A DNA stretch of 64,000 nt from NCBI RefSeq assembly GCF_001194135.2, contig NC_068982.1, forward strand, positions 26,259,989-26,323,988. The letters are read 5' to 3'. The DNA comes from Octopus bimaculoides (taxonomy: Eukaryota). Positions within the stretch are counted from its first letter, which is position 1. Each line of letters begins with the position of its first letter. Made by a program: the position numbers and the translations under genes. This document shows positions 1-14,600 of the stretch, one piece after another. The notes beneath the pieces are model-generated. The model saw only the letters and a list, made by a program, of their open reading frames with translations. It had not been told where the DNA came from and ran no database searches.

Positions 1-1886
1 AGTCTACATACAATTTCCTGTTGTCATTGTAAAATGTGATAGAATTGGCTGAAAGAAGACAGCTTTTGCCGAATCAGTGTAATCCGGGGGTACAGATGTG
101 TATAATAAGATATTTCAAGAATTATCAAGTAGGACTAAGTTATTGCCAATTTGTTGTACGAAACAACGACTTAGAATTGATTGACTAGCAGCCTATTACA
201 TACATCTTGATTACCAGTAACAGAATCAACGAGGGAGCGTTTACCTATTCACTTCACCTGCTTAAAATACACCAAGCAGATATCCCTTATTGACTTAAAT
301 AAAGAAAGGATGCACTCATTAGATAATGTAGTCCTAATTATCTTTAAACAGATTACATAGTCACGAATGGAATACCTGTAGGTTATAGGTTTGCTTAATC
401 AACGTTAATTTTGAGATAAACAAAAATAACAGCTACAACACAAGTGAATGAGTCACTTTTCGATTCTCGCCAGAGGTGTGGTTGATATTTTATCCCAACT
501 TAATTACTATTTAAAATGTAAAATGACATTAGACATATCGGGTCGACAAAGGAAATCTTTGCATGATCATGCTGTCTGCAAGATATAGTAGCCCAAGCTC
601 ATTTACAATTATCTCACCACACCATCTTAAATAAAAGACACCATACACAATGTATTGCTAAATTATCCCATAGAAAAAGTAGGATGAACCCGGATGAACT
701 GCTTTTGATCATATGTCGATTCGATCAGATTTGTCTTGAATCTAAGCAACAACAATAGTAACAACAATATCAAGACTGAGTTAAATATGATTCATAAAGT
801 CCGTATTGATAGATTATTGGCAATCAAGCAAATGACAGGTGATTCATATCACATTAATCAATCAAAATCCATAAATTTTGGAGGCCGTATTTGTACAACA
901 GACTAATCGAGTTTCGCTGGGCCATGTTTCTTTTAGTAATTCTTATTGCCTCACTATGTCTTTTCTGTGAGAGGTTTCCGTGTTTTTTGATAAGTTTTAT
1001 TTCCAATTACGGATTGCGCACACAGTGCGGAATTGACCGTTTTAGTCGTCCAGCACCCTGCTATGACACAGGTTATGCTACGTACTACTAACAGGTAGAG
1101 TAACAAGTAGAGAAGTTAGACTGTTGGCCTAACATTGTATTCGTCCTTGGTCAAGAAAATTTAGTCGCAAATGGTCGTCGTGTTGCTAACAAACAAGATG
1201 CCAAATATTCTGCCAAGAGGTCACTCGAAGAATAAAAGTAGCAGCATGATATATCAGGGGGACTATTTGTGTAGGGGTTGTTTCGTTTTAAATAAATTAG
1301 TTCGAAACATAAAGCAAGTCGGTCACGTATAGAACATCCCTGGTTGTAGGTCTCATATATGAGCGCATACAAGTTACTAAACAGCAAAATACCCGACCAT
1401 GTCAATAAAGGAGCCATAATATAGTCGTTCTTCTTCCTACAATTAAGTCACTTAGGTCACGCCCAAATCTCGTGGAGTACACATTGAATAATGTAACTCT
1501 CAGTACATACGATATAATAGGAGACGGAATAATCCCGGATAAAACGCCACTAAATATAGTTTTGTTTGATTACAGCTAATTGTTTCATTAAACACCAACA
1601 CGATAAAAGTGCTTCGTCAAAACAGAAGTTGGATTCTACTAATTTGATATCGAAATCTAGATTGTACCCTAGTTTCTTAAAAAAAGCGGGAAAGACGATT
1701 TTCATACTACGATCCTAGATATGTCTTAGCAAAATTTTTTTAAAATATGGTTGAAGGGCTGCCCTGGAGTTCAGCAACAATAACAATAAAGGTATCTCTA
1801 ATTAATAACCATGTTCCTTTTGAGAGACAGACAATATATATATATATATATATATACTGTGAATAAGCTAAACTGGAATTGTAAAC

Positions 1887-2210
1887 CAGGGGTTCTCAAA
1901 CATTTTGTATCAATGGACTTCCTTGATTACTAACTTATTCTGGTCTGGTCCCGCAACTATTCCACGTTTAAAAACTAGACTTACAGAAGCTTCTTTCAAA
2001 CTTCCTATTTTGGTTTTCACGCATTAAACTGTGTGAGTTGAACTATGTAAAATGTTAGATAAAGTAGTCTGGCTGTTTCTTGCAATACATACCAATATAT
2101 ACATCGAAAGCAATATTATTGTGCATCCCCAATTTACTATTTTGTTGTGTAGACTCCAAAAATCTTATATGCACTATCAGGGGCCATGTGGACCTCGGTT
2201 GAGAACCAAT
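1887..2210. mobile_element. hAT (Charlie-like) MITE, 324 bp
   Basis: Imperfect TIRs CAGGGGTTCTCAAAC / GGTTGAGAACCAATG; 8-bp flanks TTGTAAAC (1879-1886) and TTTTAGAC (2211-2218) match at 6/8 and resemble the hAT NTCTAGAN target; no coding capacity. Confidence 0.7.
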
Positions 2211-2336
2211 GTTTTAGACAATAGATGGTCCAAGTGTTTATTAAAATCGTTTGTATCCACTTTATGTAGGTCTTTTAAATCTTTCATACACACATGTACT
2301 CACATATATTCACTCTTTCATATGTACCTGTATACT

Positions 2337-2440
<104 letters not shown>

Positions 2441-3334
2441 CGTGTGTTTATATACGTGTTTATGTGTGTATATTCATGTGCCTATGTGAATATAATTCGT
2501 ATTGGATTGATATCGATAACAATAGTGTTGTTAACTCACATGTTGTACACGAGTTATCAAACGTTCACATTATCCACATAATTAACTCTTCTGAATTGGA
2601 GACTGTGTGACGTTAATGATTTTCTAAAAAGTATTAAAGTAGACTATGAGTCAGAATGGAAACCGCACTGGAAATTTGTCTTTTGCTGGATATCTAAAAC
2701 TCGACATTCTTCTAAACAGAAAGTGACGTGACAAGAGTCTCGTAATTAGGTAGCCAATGTAAACAATCACTTACGAATAAAGAAATAAATTCAAAAATAT
2801 GCTTTGCAGCGAATTCTGATCACTTTGCTCTCTGCTTGTCTTGTGTCATTATACAAAGGAAAGGCTAACTAGTGCAATGTGAAGACCCAGAGGAGCTGAA
2901 CGCTAAGCTATTCGTAAAACAGGGTTACCAGGTACACTGTCAGTCCATAAAAAAAAGGAGAAAAATTCGAGTGAAAGCTGTGTCAAGTTAATCGTAATAG
3001 AATGTTCTTCCCATAGTATATTCCACTGACACAATTTACTGACGTTGAAACTCTATCTCACAGAAGCAAACAGAAAAACATATATCGTATGTTATCGTAT
3101 GATATGGGAGACAAATGGCCGCTTTATACATACATACATACGTACATACATTCATACATACATACATACGCACTTTCATATATCTATGAATAATACTTAG
3201 ATTTATATATGTATATATATGTCTCCACATATACGTATGTATCTGTAATTACATATATTAATTTGGCTGTATTCAAAACTCTCCATTTTCTTTATATTAT
3301 TCTCTCTCTCTATATATATGTATGTATTTATACG

Positions 3335-3366
<32 letters not shown>

Positions 3367-3371
3367 TATAT

Positions 3372-3704
3372 NNNNNNNNNNNNNNNNNNNNNNNNNNNNN
3401 NNNNNNNNNNNNNNNNNNNNNNNNNNNNNNNNNNNNNNNNNNNNNNNNNNNNNNNNNNNNNNNNNNNNNNNNNNNNNNNNNNNNNNNNNNNNNNNNNNNN
3501 NNNNNNNNNNNNNNNNNNNNNNNNNNNNNNNNNNNNNNNNNNNNNNNNNNNNNNNNNNNNNNNNNNNNNNNNNNNNNNNNNNNNNNNNNNNNNNNNNNNN
3601 NNNNNNNNNNNNNNNNNNNNNNNNNNNNNNNNNNNNNNNNNNNNNNNNNNNNNNNNNNNNNNNNNNNNNNNNNNNNNNNNNNNNNNNNNNNNNNNNNNNN
3701 NNNN
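3372..3704. other. Assembly gap (N run) between (TA)n tracts; other gaps at about 9529-9538, 11864-12160, 30113-30468, 31394-31506, 34254-34482 and 36868-36877
   Basis: N runs in the sequence. Confidence 0.97.
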
Positions 3705-4179
3705 ATATATATATATATATACATATATATATAGCGTTAAAGTGTACTATCAAATATAAAATCTGGGTTAAGTGCTGTCTTAAGTATGTGTACAAACTAA
3801 AATATTTTACCATTCCAATGATCCGAATCATGAAAGAAAGAAATAAGAAAACAATGAAAACATAAGTACAGGCATTATTAGCAGTTTTATTGAACGTTTT
3901 TATTACTGATTTAATTAAGAATTATTACTTAGGCACAAGGACAAAACTTTATTGGGAGAAATTAATTGCAATTGATACTCTTCTCAGTTAATGACTGGTG
4001 TTTTTATTTTTAAAGTTATTTTATCAGTATCGGAAGGAGGAGACACAGGGATAACAGCAGTAAGATTTAGCTTTAGAAAGCAAAGTTACATGACAAAAAA
4101 TTGCGAAAAACTTTGTCCGTTTATCTGCCATTTCTCTGTTTCCAAATGTATTTCCAATCACGAGCATGTCACGTCAATT

Positions 4180-4575
4180 TCCATGTTTTATCTAATGAGC
4201 GAAACATTACAATCGTGAATACAGGCAGCCGAAATTGGGGTTTCTACAAAGGATTTCTGAATTAACGCTACTCGATAGAGTGCGTAGTACGAAGGTCATG
4301 GAGACCATTGAGAGGTCACAGCTCCGTTACTACGGACATCTGATTAGAATGTTGCATGAAAGATTTGCAATGCGGATTCGTCAAGCCGAGCCAATCGGCT
4401 GGATACCTAGATGTAGTCCTCGAATAAGATGGTTGGGTAATATCCATAGCGTCAGTTGGTCACACTTGGTATCTAGTCGGAAAGTATATTGAAGGTTTGT
4501 TCTGATAGAACCCCATGGAAGAGGTAACTGAGGACTCTACCCCCACGACACTCCTAGGAAAAGTGGACGGAAAAG
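4180..4575 (+). mobile_element. RTE-clade LINE, 5'-truncated 3' end (post-RT region and 3' UTR)
   Basis: Translation QAAEMGFLQRISELTLLDRVRS...IERSQLRYYGHLIRM...PRIRW matches the RTE ORF C-terminal pattern AEM.FLRR...LD..R / RSQLRW.GH..RM / RPR.RW. Confidence 0.75.
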
Positions 4576-4769
4576 ATAGATGGATCCAGAATTTTGGATC
4601 GTCTTGAAAACTTTGTATTAACATGTAGTTTGGGATATATTAATTTGAATGATATTTTCTATATCTAAATATGTTGATACAACAGAAACAATTGTTAGCT
4701 TTGCAAGGTGAATTCTACAATTAAAGATGTGATTTTCTTTATCCGTGGTTTTGTTATCTCTATCTATCC

Positions 4770-4808
<39 letters not shown>

Positions 4809-4809
4809 A

Positions 4810-4864
<55 letters not shown>

Positions 4865-4870
4865 TGTTTG

Positions 4871-4905
<35 letters not shown>

Positions 4906-5583
4906 AACAAGGATATAGAATCTTCTTAAAGGGATGGTAGCATCCAAGGACCCGGCTATATCCAATGTATCAGTTAAAAACCAAAGATATTAGTTTAAAC
5001 TTGATGGATATGGGTATACTACGATTTTTGTATGAGAAAAAGGAAACGGAGGACATTAATTTATTAGAACATTCAATTCCGAACAATATTAAATTCATTG
5101 CACTTACAGTTGTTTCTATGCCCAACAAAATCAATTTGAGAAATTAAATTAAATCGAATGAAGTGAAATTAAATTTTCATGTTGAATATCGTTGGTCGGG
5201 CATTTCGTCAGGGGAAGAATTTGATAGACAGGAGCTACATTCCAATGTGTCGTTTGACCATTGTTAGACTCAGACATGTGTGCTTCAGTAATCAATGTAT
5301 TTAAAAAAAGAAAAAAAACAAAACGTTACTTATGTATATTTATATGCAAACTTGTTCATGCATTTGTTCGCGTGTACGTGTAATGTGTTGAGAAACAATA
5401 GTATCCCTTAGTTAGCTTAAATAAGATTTCGATACGATTACTTAACCTAGAAGCTAAAAACAATATTCCTAATTTACATTATAAGTTATGATAGATCGAA
5501 ATGTTAGTAAATTATTTAATCACTTAAGAAATTTATTATAATTAACCCAGTTGTAAGCTCTAGTAATTACAGCTAAATAATAA

Positions 5584-5651
<68 letters not shown>
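5584..5651. repeat. (TAT)n microsatellite
   Basis: Direct reading. Confidence 0.97.
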
Positions 5652-5652
<1 letters not shown>

Positions 5653-8543
5653 TATTCATTATTTATTTATTTATTTATTTTCATTTTTAAACCATAGATA
5701 CATATATGTAATAGTATTTTATGTATTTGTGCGTGCGTGCGTTCGTTAACGTGTTGAAAGTTCCTAGACAATGACGAATCAAAGCTGCTCACTATTTAGC
5801 AAAGCTGAATATTACGTCATCAATATATTTGCACAATATATTTATTTATAATAGTAAGAATAGATACGAACGATCATAATTGAGAAAAGTATTAACGTTA
5901 ACAAATCAAAATTAAAAAAATTAAAACTATTATTAAATTAATACGTAGTATCTTTAACTTAAAATTACCAGTTATTTACAAATAATCATCACAGATTCCT
6001 GAGATACGTACTTAAATTAATGTCGTGGCAACGTTTATATAATACAGTTAGCCGTAAATGAAACCTTCATATTAACCATTTGTTTTATATTTTAATATTA
6101 ATAAGACATTTACTAACAATTATTAATCTTTTTTGTTACTATTGTTAGCATATTAATCCTAAGATACCACCGAATTTATAGTTTTAGTAATCCGTACTTT
6201 ATTTTTAATGGTACTTTTTGAAAACATGTTTACAGACATAAATACGCGATAACCCACCCTCCTTTTTGGGGTTAAGGAGTCTACGTCTAGAATTTAAGAT
6301 TTGGAATAATTCTTCCATCCGAAGGAAACAATAGGCATATCCAATTTTATAGACACCAGCCTTGCCTATGATTTCCTACCATACAGTAAACATTTTAGTT
6401 TTGTCCTTTAAATCCCAAATATTTTGGGAACCTGTCAAGACTCTGCATAAGCACTGCAGCAGTCCAATGAGCTAAAAAAAGAAATGAAGGTAATAAAATA
6501 AAAGCTATAACTACAAGAAGTGAAAAAAGAACAAAAATATAAGACTGCAAACTTCTGGAATTAACTTTTCTCCTTTCGTCTGTCTTCTTTCTGTAGTTGA
6601 ATGGATCGAGCTACATATGTTCGAAAGTTTCAAAGCCATTAATAAATTATTTTTATTACTCATTAGGGACCTTTTATTAAATTATGTAGGTACACAATGT
6701 AGTATGTTTGTACCATGATATTGTATGATTTCCATATAACATGCCCAGTAATTCTCTTAAGTTATAAGTTATGATGTCATCAGGTTGATAATGATCAGTC
6801 ACTCATCACTGCATGCAATATTAAATTGAGGAGAATTAAAATTTCTGTCTCTTTTGGCCAAACTCGAGAATTAAGAATTGATTTGTTTTCTTTTGTAATT
6901 GATTTGCTTTCTCTTCCTCAGAGAACTAATTTTAATTAGAATAAATTCAGTTCATTTAACCGTTGGGTATAACTATCAGGTTCATGCATAAATGTTGAAT
7001 GTGATAGTGATGCCCCTCACCCAGCGAAAAATAATTACCTCACGACCAAATAATTGTTTCCAGATTGCTCCTCGAGATCTGATATATTTATGAAAGAGCC
7101 ATGGCAGAAACTGATGATTCCCTACAAGTAACTTAACGACACGTAAACTTTTCATTGAAATTTCTTTTTCACTTGCGACTGAATTTATCTTCTGTTATTT
7201 TCTCTTGCAACTTAGTCATTGGAGGTCATCCAAGTCTGGTGAGATTGAAAATGATGAAGTTCACTTTGAACACCTTTAGGTGGTTGTCTTGAAGAAACAA
7301 CTGAGCAGAAGAAATTCTAAATATCTGCAACTCTGAGGAAGAAAGATTGGAAACGATGTTTTGTGCAAGAACTGAGAGGGAAGCAGTTAGGATCACGGGA
7401 GTATGTGTCCTTCGAGTACCCATACCTGAGATGGATAGAAGAAACACTGTGTGTGGTTAGCCCATGATTGTGGAATATATGTGAGTGGGTTTTTTTTCTT
7501 GTTATGAGGACCGTTCTTATGTAGTAGCCACACCGTAAGTAATACGTTTTGTGGTTTTTAATTGGACTGTGAAGTGGGTCAGTAATTGATAAGAGTTAAA
7601 CCATTTAGTGGCTATGAAGAGGAATCCTAGTTTCCAGCTTGCAGTTTGTGCAATGTTACATATGTAACGTCACTTTGAAAGATCATTAGAGTTTGCAATG
7701 CTTAACATTTGTAGCAAGTTTAAGGGCCGTAATTATGTGTTGTTGTTGTTGATGAAAAGAGAGAAACACAGACACACACACACAGACATTTGTACATGTA
7801 CAAAGCCGTTTAAGTCAGTATTAAAATGAACAAAAATTCAGTTGCAATGAATGCAGTTACCCTTTACAATACTGACCTTTTGCAAAGTTAAAACAAGACA
7901 AACATAAAACAAAATAGATTAACACTTCACGAACGAAGTATTGTCTAATATTACTTTCTGGATATATGTACAGAAGTATGAATGTATCGGAGGTGTAAAT
8001 ACAAGTGTCATAGATGTCTATAATCATTTTTTCAGTGGTCACAGTGAATTAAGCAAAGTGACTTAATTTCAGTCAAGATCTGAAACTAATTCCTAGAATC
8101 CAAGCATTACCGCGAGACGCTGTTCTTTATTCCATGTTGGTTGTCACATTAATAATTTTTTTCCTTTTGATGCTTTTGACCTACTTTTATAAGGTAGTTA
8201 AAGTGGAATGCTATGAGATGTTCTCATCTTTCTCAAAGATATTACAAGCATAAGTGAAGTGACATGACTTCAAACAACGATTCAGAAAACCGCTCACTTC
8301 CTCGACTTGCCTCCCTCAATAGCAGTAACCAAACAAAATGTCAAGAATTAACCCTCTTCTTCGACCTTACAACCTCATGATTTGTATATGTGTATGAAAT
8401 TCAGAATAACGTTTAGGTCCCTGATATTTGGAAAAAGAGGCAGTCATATAACAGGGCTGATTTATACATACATACGAGAGCGCGCGCGCTCACACACATA
8501 TATGTACACATAATCATACATACGTACATACACATACACACAG

Positions 8544-8643
<100 letters not shown>

Positions 8644-9349
8644 ATACATATGTATTCATGCATATAAATGTAAACGTATGTTTGTGGGTAAGAAAGAGAG
8701 GCCAAGTAGAAAAGTTTTAATTAGCAGATTTTATTGTTACATGAGGGTTCCCCACATGGAGTCCATTAATGATAATGCTACACGCTGATCAAGAAAATAA
8801 CAACAATATTGTTTTTCTTATGTTGTGTAAGAAATTGATATTTACGCCATCTTTGTTGTGTTAATTTTTTTTTTTTTTTGGATATAGAAAAACAAGCGGG
8901 AAAGCAATGAACAATAACAATGAAGATTTAAAAAAAAGTAATATATAAAACACGAACTATCAAGACACGAGTTCACATCAGCACTTGGTAAAATCTTTAA
9001 AAATACAGTAAAAATATCACTATCAACAGCACAAACAATATAAAAAGTCTTACGTTTGTCTTAAACAAGTTAATTTTCAATTTTAAACTTGAACTAAGGT
9101 CATCAGGATACTTCTAATTTTTCGTGGGGTTTTAGTTATATTTTTGTCATTATCTGATTGTCTGATGTAAACAGAATGCTTCTCTTATAATTTTAAATAG
9201 TTTGTTCTTATCCTCGTCCTTGCTCTTCTTAGCCTTTTGCTGTTGTAGATTTTAGTGATGTTGGCATTAATGTGTGTTTGTATGTCCTCCCGGACATCTG
9301 CCTATGCCTATGTCTCTCTCTCTTTATATATACGTGGAGGAGAGAGGCT

Positions 9350-9476
9350 GGTATGTATAGGCGACTGCTGGTCTTCCATGAACAAGCTGGCCCGGACTTG
9401 TGCCTCAGAGGGTAACTTTCTAGGAGCAATTCCATAGTCATTCATGACCGGTAGGAGTCTTTACCCTTTACCTTTT
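9350..9476 (+). repeat. Short interspersed repeat remnant, probably a LINE/SINE 3' tail
   Basis: GGTAACTTTCTAGGAGCAATTCCATAGTCATTCATGACCGG...CTTTACCCTTTACC with short terminal tandem repeat; recognised from memory as a common octopus repeat; single copy here. Confidence 0.35.
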
Positions 9477-9477
9477 A

Positions 9478-9517
<40 letters not shown>

Positions 9518-9571
9518 CTCTCTCTCTCNNNNNNNNNNTATATATATATATATATATATACAAAGAGATAG

Positions 9572-9618
<47 letters not shown>

Positions 9619-9699
9619 CGTGGAAGGAGGTAGCAATAGTAGCAACAAAGGAAGCATTTACAATTTCACCATCAGCAACAATAATAAAGTCTCTTCTGA

Positions 9700-11425
9700 G
9701 GGCATGGCCACCCCATAAGAATTTTATCCTCTTTAAAGGATAATGCCTCTAAATTTTCGAATGCGGCTAAATTTAGAAAAATCGAAGAGAGAAAGGCAGA
9801 GACGGCTCCGCTCCCTGAAACATTGGCTGCTATAGCCAGAATAGTGTCTTATGAATGCATTACCTTCAGGTTTCGATGCCGGGAAACGGCTACGAAAGTC
9901 CAGATTGAAAGGGCCCTACACGAGACATGGCAGGACATCGGCCATATATCGAGGGCAAAGTAGGCAAGGACGAAGTCTTATTTAAGACTTAGCAGTCTTA
10001 TTTAAGACTTATTAAGACTTAGCAATCTTATTTAATACTTATTAATACTTAGCAATCCAAAACCCGGTAGCCACCCGGAAAGAAGAGAGGTGAAAATTAC
10101 CCAAGGGATTGACAAGAACTATATTTGTGGTGGATGCTAGCTTGTTTGGTATAAGGCGAGAGCGAAACTCTCAGGGAGTTTAAAGAGGGATAATTGAACT
10201 AGGTAGCGAGGAAGCTGTCCCTGGATGGACAGGTGGCGTTGGGGAATGCATACATTGCTTTCATCATCTACAACGGCCTGACCGCCTTCCCTTAATTTAT
10301 TTATATAGTGGCAGATCAAGCTGCAGCGCTCGCTCTTTCGCTTTCCGTAAGGGACGTGTTTTGTCAGCTGCTGCTGAATGGAGGATTGGGCATGCCGTGA
10401 GTAATGTTGCGCAGATATGAGCTGTGGCTGCGACATCACCAGTGTTTCCTCAACAGATAGGATTTTTCACAACTTCTCTCATTGATGGAATTAGATCAAG
10501 TGTAAACTAAAAAAAAAAAAGGGTGCTTGGCACATAGAGTGTTCGCAAGTGCTCACATCTCTCAGCCAGTTGGGTAATGCGGTCGGTGAAAATTCCACAT
10601 TGGAGTTCTTTAGGGAATTAGTGGCAGGCAAGGGTGACGACGTCCGTCATGAAAAATTTGGGCGTCAAAAGGGATCAATTAGCTGGACTGTTGGGACAGG
10701 ACCTATGGATAATTTCCTGAAATCTGTAGCATGGCAGTGCTATCGAGGAGCTTTGTCGGTTCGAAACACGCTCTACAGACACAGAAGTGCTGTTAGAAGG
10801 ACCTGTCCGAGATGTCTGCAGAGCGATGAAACCGTTCTGCATACACACGTCCAGTGGATGGGCATTGATGGCTTGAGGGACTTTGTTAAACAGCCGTTGA
10901 CACGTGTAGGGCGGATCCAGTTATCAGCCAAAATCAGTTTTTGGGCCGGGAAAGAAAGGCAATTTTCCCCTTCTTAGTGGCTATAGCGAAAGAGATACTG
11001 TGGTGGACGAGGCTGAAAGGTTTAAAGGCAGATACTTTGCTCTTTGGCCAAGTTCTTATCAATTTTGTTAAGTTCCACAAGAAAAGGAAAGTGAGGATGG
11101 AGAGGAAGGTGTTTCCTCAAGATTTCTTACGAAAAGTGGGTGAATATGGCAAGGATGGTACGTATGAAAGGCCCCACTCTGAACACACATTTGTAAGCCG
11201 GAGGAGCTGAGGCGCCCCTAACGGATGTGGTAACTAGAATTTATCAGGTTCCTTAGTCATCCCTGGTAGGAAGTACCCACCATTTCCTGAATTTTATTGT
11301 TGAATTTTTGTTGTTGTCCTTGTTGCATTTTTTATACACGAATGTTTGTGCTACGTACCACTTGTCTCTTGAGTTTTATTGTCTCTGTTTCTTTTGCTTT
11401 CCGCCCTTGTGGCTAATAAAAGAGG
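9700..11425 (+). mobile_element. L1/Tx1-like LINE, internally deleted (ORF1 N-terminus joined to RT thumb, zf-RVT and 3' UTR)
   Basis: LLLNGGLGMP (RT thumb, ~10365-10400); AWQCYRGALSVRNTLYRHRSAVRRTCPRCLQSDETVLH (zf-RVT-type CCHC region); VAIAKEILWWTRLKGLK; 5' piece TKVQIERALHETWQDIGHISRAK resembles the ORF1 remnant at ~48650; stops and frameshifts. Confidence 0.85.
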
Positions 11426-11437
11426 ATGTCGATGTTG

Positions 11438-11521
11438 ATCATCATCATCATCACTATCATCATCATCATCACTATCCTCATCATCATCACTATCATCATC
11501 ATCATCACTGTCATCATCATT
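11438..11521. repeat. Imperfect (CAT)n microsatellite
   Basis: Direct reading; source of the poly-H/poly-D ORFs. Confidence 0.95.
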
Positions 11522-11609
11522 ATTTTTATTAGAAGATGAAAAAAGACAAAGAAATGAGCTCTCATTGCCTTTTATGAAATTCAAATACTTTTCTGCAAAT
11601 TATTTTATA

Positions 11610-14600
11610 ATAATATCCGGTTTATTAGTTTTTATAGTTTTGTCGGTATGTACGGCGAAGTCCCACAGAATCGATACATTTTCTCCCTCAGTCACTGCTT
11701 CAGGATGGTGTTTATACCATTTGTCAGCGGTTTTGATCTTATAATGCCGACATATTGTCCAGTGTAATTACTGGCCAACTCTGTCATGTCTTGCTTTATA
11801 TTCTACAGGTGCTAAAACTCTACACCCTGAGATTAGGTGGTCTATAGTTTTAATATCATTGTTNNNNNNNNNNNNNNNNNNNNNNNNNNNNNNNNNNNNN
11901 NNNNNNNNNNNNNNNNNNNNNNNNNNNNNNNNNNNNNNNNNNNNNNNNNNNNNNNNNNNNNNNNNNNNNNNNNNNNNNNNNNNNNNNNNNNNNNNNNNNN
12001 NNNNNNNNNNNNNNNNNNNNNNNNNNNNNNNNNNNNNNNNNNNNNNNNNNNNNNNNNNNNNNNNNNNNNNNNNNNNNNNNNNNNNNNNNNNNNNNNNNNN
12101 NNNNNNNNNNNNNNNNNNNNNNNNNNNNNNNNNNNNNNNNNNNNNNNNNNNNNNNNNNNNGCTAGCTAATTTTTCATGTGCTTTTGTCTTTGCAATTAAT
12201 TTTCTTTTCTTTGCAGCAGCATTTGGCGCATTTCCTTCAACCTGATCAAGCTGGTGGGTATCTAAGAGATCAGTAGCGAATTTTTTGTTCTCTTTCAGAA
12301 TAGAGTGAAGTTTTTTCGGTCTTTCATGTTTTTTAACAAGTTTCAGCATCCAATCGTTGGTTGTTTTAAGGTATGTGGCCAGTCCGATTGTGATGGGTTT
12401 TGTACGTAAGTTCAAGCTGGATCAAGCCTCGACCTTCCTGAGCTCTGGGAAGGTAAAGACGATCCACGTCTGCCTTTGGATGGTGCATTTTATTACAAGT
12501 TTGTAACTTGCAGATTTTTCTATCAGTTTTCATTATTTCACTAGTATTCCAGTTAAGCACATTGAAGCTATAAAGAACAACTGGGACTGCTAAGGAAGTT
12601 ATGGCTAACACCTTATTATATGCATTCAGTTCGGACTTCAGAACTGCTCGAACTCTTCTATAACATTCCTTCTTAACCTTCTCTTTCATGCTTGCATGCT
12701 GGATACCAGAGCCTTCATTTATTCCTAGGTATTTATAGGTTTGTTCCTGCTCAAGTTCCTTTATTACTGTTTCGACATCTAATTCTATTGAACTTGATTT
12801 TACCAGTTTCCCTTTCTTAAAAGTGGCTTTGGCACACTCTTCAAGGCCAAACTACATCCCGATATCATCACTAAATCCTTTCACAGTATGTAGTAGTCCT
12901 TCAAGCTCTTCATCATCTTTGCCACATAGTTTTAAATCATCCATATAAAATAGATGGCTTATTTTCCTGTTGTTAATTTTGTAGCCATACCCTGTTCTAT
13001 ACAGTTCACTTGAGAGTGGTATTAGTGCTATGCAGAAAATTAGTGGTGAAAGTGAGTCACCTTGGAAAATGACACAGTTTATGCTAATATTGTTTGGGTG
13101 CAATACTCCATTAGAATGATATAATTGCAACTTCGTGTTCCATAATGACATATACTTTAAAAAATCTGAAACCACAGGAGAAATTTTGAAAATGTCCAGC
13201 GATTTCAGAATCCACAAATGTGGTATGCTGTCAAAGGCTTTTTTATAATCAATCCATGAAGAGCTGAGATTTCTGCGCTTGTTATGGCAGTTCTCATGGA
13301 TCATGCGATTTATTAGGAGCTAATCTTTGCATCCGTATGAGCCTCGTCCGCATCCTTTTTGTTCAGTGGGAAAGAGGTTATTCTCTTCCATAAACGCATA
13401 AGTTTTCTCCACTAGAATAGATGTCAGAATCTTTCACGTAGTAGACAAACATGTTATAGGCCGGTAGTTTTTGGGGTTTTTGGTTTCGTCATTTTTGGGG
13501 AGGAGGTAAGTTATACCGTTTGCCATCCAATGGGGAGTTCTTTCTGGGTCTTTCATAATACTATTAAATAGTATTACTAACATTTTGTGTGCGGACGAGA
13601 GTGATGAGAGCCAGAAATTTGGTACTCTATCAATACCAGTGGATTTCCAATTATGAGCCTTCATTAATGCCCTCCTTAGGCCTGTGATTGAGATCTCTTC
13701 CCATACCTGTTCTTGTAGATTTTCTAGGCATCTTGGGTGCGTTTGATCCAGTCTGTATTTTTATTGTATGGTTTCTCATCACTCCAGATCCCTTTCCAAA
13801 AGTTTTCAACTTCTTCCATTAGGGGTGGATTTTCAATGGTTATTTTTTCTTTCCCTATTTCCCTGTAAAATGATTTGGCATTGGATTTGAACATCTTATC
13901 TTGCTTGTAGAATTTGATTCTTTTCTCAAATCTGCGTATTCTCTGAGCTTTTGCTTGAACTTTTTGTTTAAGTGTTTCATTCGCTGACATTAGTTCTTCT
14001 CTTGTTGAAAGTCCATATTGTCTCACGATCTCCCTGCCTTTTCTTGATCTTACACCATTTCCAGAGATTAGCTCAGTTAATATTGATATCTCCCTTCGCA
14101 TTGATTCAATCTCAGTTTCAATTCTACTCCTCCAGTTTGATTTTCGTTTCGAATTTGGTATTGTTGGCTTTTTGGGTGTTAAACAGCGTCTTTCGATTAC
14201 CTTAGCAACAGAGTAAATAATTTCATTTAACTTAAGATCGGGTTTTAGTTGTTGTATGATTTCTTGTGTAACGCAGTTGCCAATTTTTATTTACGGTTTA
14301 TGTTGATGTGCATTTGAGAGTCTATGGAATGGTTCCCTATCATTCATCTTTGTATGCCCTACAATTGCAAGCTCATTCAGAACTTCCTGCTTCATTTCAA
14401 TGATCGATTTTCTGTGTTGTTCAGCAAATATGTGGTCGTCAAATTCTGTTTCGACATCATGTTCTTGGCTGTTTTTTCTATGGTCATTATATTCTCCTTT
14501 TTTTTCAGGCTCTTGAGTGGTTTCGGCAGATGGTTGCCTTTCAGTCAATGCTTGTGGTCCAACATTACTCTCCTCTGTTTCGTTATTTCTTTCCTGACTT

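Noticed and set aside
1105-1236. Short plus-strand frame ...WPNIVFVLGQENLVANGRR...AKRSLEE* with dibasic sites
   Set aside because: About 43 codons, no start or good acceptor, and no recognisable family.
7216-7480. Exon-like segment (TTAG ... GTGAGT) and the 73-aa minus-strand ORF
   Set aside because: All plus frames have stops and the minus ORF has no recognisable homology; at most a non-coding exon.
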